Origin: a virus
IMG/VR virus record: IMGVR_UViG_3300036944_000932
Length of the DNA: 36,964 bases
Direction: 5' to 3' (one strand)
This document shows positions 31,164 to 36,964 of the stretch, one piece after another. The notes beneath the pieces were generated by a model. It saw nothing but the letters and a program-made list of their open reading frames with translations. It did no database searches and had not been told where the DNA came from. The translations under genes were made by a program, and so were the position numbers. How positions within the stretch are numbered: the first letter of the stretch is position 1; every line of letters begins with the position of its first letter.

Positions 31164-33119
31164 ATGCTTAGCCTGCGCGCCGCCGTGCGTGAAGGCTCGG
31201 TTGATGTCGAGCAGCGCACCGTTGAGCTCACCTGGACCACAGGCTCGAAAGGCCGGCGCTGGTCCTGGGACATCGGCAGTTATATGGAAGAGCTCGAGGT
31301 CAGCTCCAAGGCGCTACGTCTCGACCGGCTCAACAACGGCGCGCCGTTCCTGAACGCCCATAGCTCGTATGAGCTTTCAGACGTGATTGGCGTTGTAGAG
31401 AAGGCTTGGCTCGAAGGCGAAGAGGGCCGCGCTTTGGTCCGCTTCAGCCAGCGCGAGGACGTCGAAGGCATCTTCCGGGACGTGCAAGACGGGATCCTGC
31501 GGAACATCAGTGTCGGCTATGCCGTTCACCGCTACGAGGTAGTGGAGGAGGAAGACGACAAGCTGCCGACTTACCGCGCCGTCGATTGGGAGCCGCTGGA
31601 GTTGTCCTTGGTCCCCATCGGTTTTGACGATGGCGCCAAGATCCGCAGCGCCGAAACCGCCGCTAATTATAAGGGCCAGCGCTTCAACACCATTTTTGAA
31701 GTTCGCGAGGTGCAACAACCTCTCGACCAACCGGCCGCCGTGGCCAACACCACCGAGGAAAACCCGATGACTGAAGAAGAAAAGCGCGCGGCCGAGGACC
31801 TGATCCGCCGGCAGGCGGAAGAGGCCGAGCGTAAACGCAGCCTGACCATCCGCCAAATGGCGAAGAAGGTGGGCCTTGCTGATGAGGTAGCTGATGATCT
31901 GATCGCTCGCGGCATCTCGATTGCCGAAGCCAGCGCCGCATTGATCGACAAAGTGGCTGAGCGCCAGGCCGGCACCCAGACGGAAAGCCGCAACAGTCAG
32001 CCAACCATCGTTGGCGGCCTGGACCAGGCTGTTCTGACGGCAAAGCGCGAAGCGATGCAGAATGCTTTGCTCAACCGTTGCAACCCGACCATCGCTTTGA
32101 TCGACGGTGCGCGTGAGTTTCGCGGTATGCGCTTGCTCGATCTGGCGCGTGAATGCGTGGAAACTGTCGGCGGTAATGCGCGCGGCATGCTCCCGCAAGA
32201 AGTCGCCCGGGCCGCTCTCGGTTGTGACCGCACGGCCATGCGCGCCGCCGGTATGCAAACCACCAGTGATTTCCCTGTTCTGCTCGGCGGCGGGGTAACC
32301 CGCACCTTGCGTGATGCTTACGCCCAGGCGCCACAGACCTGGCGTCCACTGGGGCAAATGACCACTGTTCCAGACTTCCGGGCCACGACTCGCGCAGCGC
32401 TGGGCGATATCTCCGCGCTGGAAGAAGTCAAAGAGCACGGCGAGTACAAGTACGGCAAGCTCGAAGAAGACGGTGCTCCGATCCGCGTTACCAAGTTCGG
32501 CAAGATCATTGCCATCACGTGGGAAGCGGTTATCAACGATGACCTGGGGGCGCTGACTCGAATTCCTCGAGCTTACGGACTGGCTGCAGCTGAGACAGAA
32601 TCCAATCTGGTTTGGAATTTGATCCTCAGCAACCCGAACTTCACCGACGGCACTGCCATCTTCGTCGCAGGTCACGGCAACATCGCAGGCAGTGGCGGAG
32701 CGATCAACACCACCACGTTGGGCGCCGCTCGCGCTGCAATGCGTAAGCAAAAATCCAAGGCGGGTGCGTTCCTCAACGTTGAACCACGTTATTTGGTGGT
32801 TGGTCCTGACAAGGAACTGGAAGCCTTCCAGTTCACCAGCTCCCAGTACGTTCCCGCGAAAAACTCGGATATCAATGACGGTCGCAACACGTCGCTCATT
32901 GTCATCGTCGACGGTCGCATCACCGGTAACCAGTGGTACCTGTTTACCGAGGCTGGCCTCATCGACACGTTCGAGTACGCCTATCTGGAAGGTGAGCCAG
33001 GCGTGTTTACCGAGACCCGTGAGGGCTTCGAAGTTGACGGCATGGAAATCAAGGCACGCTTGGTGTTCGGTGCTGCCTGGATCGATTACCGCGGAGCGTA
33101 CAAGAACCCAGGCGCGTAA
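31164..33119 (+). CDS. Prohead protease / scaffold / major capsid fusion protein
   Basis: The N-terminus has HK97-type S78 protease motifs (LNAHSSYELSDVIGVV, ISVGYAV). The middle is Glu/Arg-rich coiled coil. The C-terminal roughly 330 aa is capsid-like. The start is uncertain (ATG 31164, or 31116 overlapping the portal gene). Confidence 0.8.
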   Translation: MLSLRAAVREGSVDVEQRTVELTWTTGSKGRRWSWDIGSYMEELEVSSKALRLDRLNNGAPFLNAHSSYELSDVIGVVEKAWLEGEEGRALVRFSQREDVEGIFRDVQDGILRNISVGYAVHRYEVVEEEDDKLPTYRAVDWEPLELSLVPIGFDDGAKIRSAETAANYKGQRFNTIFEVREVQQPLDQPAAVANTTEENPMTEEEKRAAEDLIRRQAEEAERKRSLTIRQMAKKVGLADEVADDLIARGISIAEASAALIDKVAERQAGTQTESRNSQPTIVGGLDQAVLTAKREAMQNALLNRCNPTIALIDGAREFRGMRLLDLARECVETVGGNARGMLPQEVARAALGCDRTAMRAAGMQTTSDFPVLLGGGVTRTLRDAYAQAPQTWRPLGQMTTVPDFRATTRAALGDISALEEVKEHGEYKYGKLEEDGAPIRVTKFGKIIAITWEAVINDDLGALTRIPRAYGLAAAETESNLVWNLILSNPNFTDGTAIFVAGHGNIAGSGGAINTTTLGAARAAMRKQKSKAGAFLNVEPRYLVVGPDKELEAFQFTSSQYVPAKNSDINDGRNTSLIVIVDGRITGNQWYLFTEAGLIDTFEYAYLEGEPGVFTETREGFEVDGMEIKARLVFGAAWIDYRGAYKNPGA

Positions 33120-33142
33120 CTCTCCAGTTCAACCTGAACCCC

Positions 33143-33170
33143 AAAGGGCGCCAAGTGGCGCCCTTTTTGT
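33143..33170 (+). terminator. Hairpin/T-run after the capsid gene (attenuator within the late operon)
   Basis: Stem aaagggcgcc/ggcgcccttt with loop aagt, then tttgt. Confidence 0.7.
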
Positions 33171-33203
33171 CTTTCCAGTTTCAGTCTCTGAAGGGGACCT
33201 TGC

Positions 33204-33554
33204 ATGAAGACCTTTATCCAGTCCGGCGACTGCATCACCGTCATCGCCCCGGCGGGCGGTACCGTCTCGGGCGAGCTCTACAAAGTCGGCGCGTTCATTG
33301 GCGTTGCGGCCACCACTGAAGTAGCAGGCGCATCGGTAGTGCTGAAGCTCTGCGGTGTGTTCGGCCTGACCAAAATCAGTGCGCAGGCCTGGGCCCAGGG
33401 CGATCTGATCTACATGAACACCACCAGCCGGGCGCTCACCAACGTTTCTGCAACCGGCCTGGTGCTGGTGGGCGTGGCAACCGAGATCGCGGCCAACCCG
33501 AGCGCGACCGGCGCCTGCCGTCTCAACGGCGTTTCTGCTCCGGCGCCGGTGTAA
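33204..33554 (+). CDS. DUF2190-family capsid decoration/cement-like protein
   Basis: The pattern FIQSGDCITVIAPAGGTVSGELYKVGAFIGVAAT....VFGLTK...AW..GD.IY is typical of DUF2190. Confidence 0.7.
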   Translation: MKTFIQSGDCITVIAPAGGTVSGELYKVGAFIGVAATTEVAGASVVLKLCGVFGLTKISAQAWAQGDLIYMNTTSRALTNVSATGLVLVGVATEIAANPSATGACRLNGVSAPAPV

Positions 33555-33901
33555 TGGGCTGGGCCTCCATGGCCCAGCGCATGCTCGGCGTTTCGATTCG
33601 TACCTTCAGCGAGCCAACGGCGGCCCTTGATCCATTGGGGGCCGTGTACTGGTTGACCGATGGAATCGAGCCCGGCGTGCCGCTGGCCCAAGCCGTGTTC
33701 GATACCGCTCACGTTACCGTTGATCCAGAAACGGGGGCGCCGGTATCGAGCCAAAACCCGATCCTCGGCGTCCGCCTGATTGATCTGCCAAGCAACCCAA
33801 CAAACCGTGACCGAGTTCGGGCTCGCGGTGTGTTGTACACGATCAACGAGCCCCAGTTCGATGGTGTGGCCGGCGTAACGATTACCCTCCGGAAGGTTTG
33901 A
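33554..33901 (+). CDS. Head-tail connector/adaptor-like protein (by position)
   Basis: TAATG overlap with the upstream gene; 115 aa; lies between the head and tail modules. Confidence 0.5.
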   Translation: MGWASMAQRMLGVSIRTFSEPTAALDPLGAVYWLTDGIEPGVPLAQAVFDTAHVTVDPETGAPVSSQNPILGVRLIDLPSNPTNRDRVRARGVLYTINEPQFDGVAGVTITLRKV

Positions 33902-33903
33902 AA

Positions 33904-34458
33904 ATGGCTCACCCAAGAGAACTGATCCGCAAGCAGGCCGTTGCGGTCTTGATGGGGGCCACCAATGCCGGGGCAAGCGTTTATGCCAGTCGAGTGGCGC
34001 CGTTCATTTCCAACGGATGGCAGAGCGAACTCCCCGCGATCATCGTTTACACGATGGACGAATCCGGCGAGATCTTTAACCAGGCGCCTCGCGAGTACCG
34101 TCGCCGGGTGGAGTTGGTGGTGGAGATCCACGCCGAAGGTAACCAGGCGCTGGACGACACGCTGGACACGCTGGCCCGGCAAGTCGAGAGGCTGCTGCTC
34201 ATGGATGACACGCTCGGCGACACCGTCAACGATCTGCAATACGTGCGCTCCCGCATGGCGCTGCTCGACCAATCAGAGCATCTGACCGGTGCCTGCCGCC
34301 TCATCTTCGAGGCTGAGTACTTCGACCGTCACCCCGACGACCTTTTCAACGAAAGCCTGCCGGATCTGAACTCGATCAAAACCGAGTACAGCCTTGGCAA
34401 TGCGCAGCCTAATCCGGCTGACCGCGCAAAAACCATCATCGAGGACTTAAACCCATGA
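33904..34458 (+). CDS. Neck / tail-completion-like protein (by position)
   Basis: ATG 33904 with GGAAGG 7 nt upstream (the track start at 33898 is a TTG); 184 aa. Confidence 0.5.
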   Translation: MAHPRELIRKQAVAVLMGATNAGASVYASRVAPFISNGWQSELPAIIVYTMDESGEIFNQAPREYRRRVELVVEIHAEGNQALDDTLDTLARQVERLLLMDDTLGDTVNDLQYVRSRMALLDQSEHLTGACRLIFEAEYFDRHPDDLFNESLPDLNSIKTEYSLGNAQPNPADRAKTIIEDLNP

Positions 34459-34643
34459 CCACGCGTGTGCTCGTGAAACCGGCCGAGGGCCGCCTGGTGC
34501 GACATCCAGACACTTACGAACAGATCAAGCCGGAAGGCATGGCTGTGGAACTCACCAGTTACTGGATCCGCAAGGAAAAGGCCGGTGACGTCGTGATCAA
34601 AGAGGCTGCGGTACCGGCCGAAACCAAGGGTGAAAAACAATGA
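34455..34643 (+). CDS. DUF2635-like small protein (Mu-like gp38)
   Basis: VLVKPAEGRLVRHPDTYEQIKPEGMAVELTSYWIRKEKAGDVV matches the DUF2635 pattern. It lies directly upstream of the sheath gene. Confidence 0.65.
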   Translation: MTTRVLVKPAEGRLVRHPDTYEQIKPEGMAVELTSYWIRKEKAGDVVIKEAAVPAETKGEKQ

Positions 34644-36112
34644 CCATTGGAATGGATACGATCCCTGGTGCCGGCGCTCTTCGTAAGCCCGGTGTCTACA
34701 GCGAAATCGACAACAGCAAAGCGGTGCGCGGGCCTCAACCTGTCAGCTATCGCCGGTTGCTGATCGGCCAAAAGCTAGCCGCAGGACTGGCCGCAGCCGA
34801 CACCCTGATTCGCATCACCAGCCCGGCACAGGCCGACATCCAGTTTGGCAAAGGCTCGATGCTGGCCGGCATGGTTCGCGCCGTGATGGCCATCGACACC
34901 TATACCGAACTGCAGGTGCTGCCGGTGATCGATAGCGCTGCCGGCGTTGCTGCGACCGCCACCCTGGCATTCACCGGTCCCGCGACAGCGTCGGGCACGA
35001 TTGAACTGATGATTGCCGGCCGCCGTGTGTCAGTTGGAGTGATCAGCGGAGATGCCGCGACAGCCATTGCTACCGCGGTGGTTGCGGCAATTACTGCCGC
35101 TGACGACATGCCAGTCACTGCCGCGGCGGCAACCGGCACCGTCACGCTGACCAGCCGACACAAGGGCGAGACCGGCAACACCATGAACGCTCGGGTGAAC
35201 TACTACACCGGCCAAGTTCTGCCGGCAGGCGTTGCGGTAACTATCAGCGCATTCACTGGCGGCTCCGGTAATCCGGATCTGGGTGCCGCGCTTGCTGCCT
35301 TGGGTGATGAGTGGTTTCAGGTCTGGGGGCTGCCGTACTCGGATGCCGCCACGCTGGCCACCGTGAAAACGGAGCTCAACAGCCGATTTGCCTGGGACCG
35401 CGAGATCGAAGCGCATGCGTTCACTGCGGCCCGTGGCAGCCAGGGTTCGCTCGGCACTCTGGGTGACAGCCACAACAACCAGCACCTGGTCATCATGATG
35501 GCCAACGATGAGCCGATGCCGGCCTATGAAAAGGCCGCCGAGACCATGGCTATTGCCGCGCTCTACGCCGCAATCGACCCGGCACGGCCGATTCAAAATC
35601 TGCAATACGCCTGGTGCCTGGCGCCGGCGGCGGCCGACAAGTTCACCAACCAGGAGCGCAACCTGCTGCTGTTTGATGGCATCGCCACCAGCAAGGTCAA
35701 CAACGACGGCACGATGGTCGTTGAACGCCTGATCACCACTTACAAAACCAACACCGCTGGCGGTAACGATATCAGCTACCTGGACAGTGAGACCCTTTTC
35801 ACCCTGATGTACATCCGGCACGACTGGCGCGACTACATCCTGCGCAAGTACCCGCGGCACAAGCTGGCAGACGATGGTACGCGCTATGGCGTTGGCCAGC
35901 CTGTCGTCACCCCGGTAGTGCTGAAAGCTGAGGCTATCTCGAAATTCCGCGAGTGGGAGCGCCTCGGCCTGGTCGAGAACATGGCCGATTTCAAAAGCAA
36001 CCTGATCAGCGAGCGCAATGAAAGCGACCCTAACCGCGCGGATTTGTTGCTGCCGCCAGACTTGGTCAATCAGTTGCGTATCGTCGCCAACAAAATTCAG
36101 TTCCGCCTGTAA
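34640..36112 (+). CDS. Contractile tail sheath protein
   Basis: 490 aa. The N-terminus ...PGVYSEIDNSKA.....YRRLLIGQK fits sheath proteins, and its position before the tube gene matches. Confidence 0.85.
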   Translation: MTIGMDTIPGAGALRKPGVYSEIDNSKAVRGPQPVSYRRLLIGQKLAAGLAAADTLIRITSPAQADIQFGKGSMLAGMVRAVMAIDTYTELQVLPVIDSAAGVAATATLAFTGPATASGTIELMIAGRRVSVGVISGDAATAIATAVVAAITAADDMPVTAAAATGTVTLTSRHKGETGNTMNARVNYYTGQVLPAGVAVTISAFTGGSGNPDLGAALAALGDEWFQVWGLPYSDAATLATVKTELNSRFAWDREIEAHAFTAARGSQGSLGTLGDSHNNQHLVIMMANDEPMPAYEKAAETMAIAALYAAIDPARPIQNLQYAWCLAPAAADKFTNQERNLLLFDGIATSKVNNDGTMVVERLITTYKTNTAGGNDISYLDSETLFTLMYIRHDWRDYILRKYPRHKLADDGTRYGVGQPVVTPVVLKAEAISKFREWERLGLVENMADFKSNLISERNESDPNRADLLLPPDLVNQLRIVANKIQFRL

Positions 36113-36136
36113 CGGCGAATCGCCAGGAGATAAACC

Positions 36137-36505
36137 ATGGCAGGCAAAAACCGTATTGGCGGGATCATCGCCTTGAAGGTCAACGGCGACATTTACTTCG
36201 CCAAGGGCAACTTCACCTACAACATCGGCAAGCCGAAACGCGAAGGCGTCGTCGGGGCCGATGTCGTGCACGGCTACAAGGAAACGCCTCAGGTCCCTTT
36301 TATCGAGGGCGAGATCACTGATCGCAACGAGCTAAGTCTCGAAGATCTGGTCACGCTCGACGACGCAACCATCACGCTGGAACTCTCTAACGGCAAGGTC
36401 ATCACCCTGAGTGAAGCCTGGTACGCGAGTGAGGGCACCGGCAACACCGAAGAAGGCAACATCGCTTGCCGTTTTGAAGGCATGTCTGCCGAGGAAGTGA
36501 AGTAA
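36137..36505 (+). CDS. Tail tube protein
   Basis: An AGGAGA RBS precedes the start; 122 aa. The pattern ALKVNGDIYFAKGNFTYN...ITLSEAWY is tail-tube-like. Confidence 0.8.
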   Translation: MAGKNRIGGIIALKVNGDIYFAKGNFTYNIGKPKREGVVGADVVHGYKETPQVPFIEGEITDRNELSLEDLVTLDDATITLELSNGKVITLSEAWYASEGTGNTEEGNIACRFEGMSAEEVK

Positions 36506-36807
36506 TGGCAAAGGAAAAAACGATTCAACTGCTCGAACAGGTCACCTTCGGCAAAGACACGTTCAGCGAACTGACCGTCACTCGCAAGCTCAAGTACCTG
36601 CGCGGCCACGCGCTTCGCGTGACTTCCGACGGCAAGGGTAGTGGCGGCGTCGATATCGACTTCGCCACGCTCATTGACCTCGGCGCCAAGATGGTCGGCC
36701 ACCCGCCGGCATTGATCGAAGAGCTGAGCGAGGACGACCAGGCCGCCGTGATTCAGGAGGCACGCGATTTTTTGCTGAAGCACCTCGGGGGTGGCAGTCA
36801 GGAGTGA
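36505..36807 (+). CDS. Tail assembly chaperone (zero-frame product; P2 E / Mu gp41 / lambda G analogue)
   Basis: 100 aa. The pattern ...VTFGKDTFSELTVTRKLKYLRGH.....ATLIDLGAKMVGHPPALIEELSEDD is typical. It sits between the tube and tape-measure genes. Confidence 0.8.
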   Translation: MAKEKTIQLLEQVTFGKDTFSELTVTRKLKYLRGHALRVTSDGKGSGGVDIDFATLIDLGAKMVGHPPALIEELSEDDQAAVIQEARDFLLKHLGGGSQE

Positions 36808-36932
36808 CTGTTGTCGTCAAGGTCATGAGCGTACAGCCGTCGGAAGTCATGGAAATGGATTTCGACGAGCTGAACTGGTGGCTTGAACGCACCGAGGAAT
36901 GGGTTGAATGGCAGACAAAGGCTACTCCCTAA
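36505..36932 (+). CDS. Tail assembly chaperone -1 frameshift fusion product (E+E' / G-T analogue)
   Basis: The -1 frame extension after 36774 reads ...[53 protein letters not shown]. The SEVMEMDFDELNWW segment resembles the P2 GpE' domain. The extension overlaps the tape-measure start, as in other phages. Confidence 0.65.
36768..36774 (+). promoter_or_regulatory. -1 programmed ribosomal frameshift slippery heptamer T_TTT_TTG
   Basis: The zero frame reads GAT TTT TTG. The -1 frame is open from 36678 and continues to TAA at 36930-36932. Confidence 0.7.
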
Positions 36933-36964
36933 ACGTCATCATCAAGGCGGTTGACCGGGTGACG
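36838..36964. repeat. Terminal overlap copy 2: identical to 1-127
   Basis: See the first feature. Confidence 0.9.

Overview
The window is a complete, circularly closed temperate phage genome. Its unique length is 36,837 bp, because bases 1-127 recur verbatim at 36838-36964. It holds no host DNA, rRNA, CRISPR array or transposase. The host is GC-rich and probably Pseudomonas; that is an inference from an R-pyocin-like GH19 lysin, DUF3077-like and DUF4224-like proteins, and codon bias.

Gene order is lambda-like, starting from a candidate cos region (26843-26966):
- Nu1-like TerS, GpA-type TerL, gpW and a lambda-type portal.
- A protease-scaffold-capsid fusion, a DUF2190 decoration protein and connector proteins.
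- A Mu-type contractile tail: sheath, tube, a chaperone with a -1 frameshift, tape measure, gp43-48 homologues, tail fibre and its chaperone.
- GH19 endolysin with embedded Rz/Rz1 spanins.
- attP, which carries the 3' part of tRNA-Thr(UGU).
- A leftward operon: int, xis and accessory genes (HTH, HNH-like, a secreted peptide, a CsrA/RsmA homologue, an SPFH lipoprotein with a 2-TM partner, a LuxR-type HTH).
- The cI(S24)/cro switch.
- A rightward operon: KilA-N, small ORFs, Bro-N, an O-like initiator with internal iterons, a DnaC-like loader, DnaB and a phage 21/82-type Q.

The most unusual content is accessory:
1. A self-contained promoter / ClpP-like protease / 57-aa ORF / terminator cassette between Q and the late genes.
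2. A phage CsrA homologue with a long C-terminal tail, translationally coupled to an unknown 137-aa protein.
3. A LuxR-HTH / 2-TM / periplasmic SPFH lipoprotein module as the first genes of the PL-like operon.
4. A membrane-protein trio in the position of the lambda lysis cassette, while the endolysin and spanins sit about 20 kb downstream.

All homology statements are by-eye motif recognition. No searches were run.
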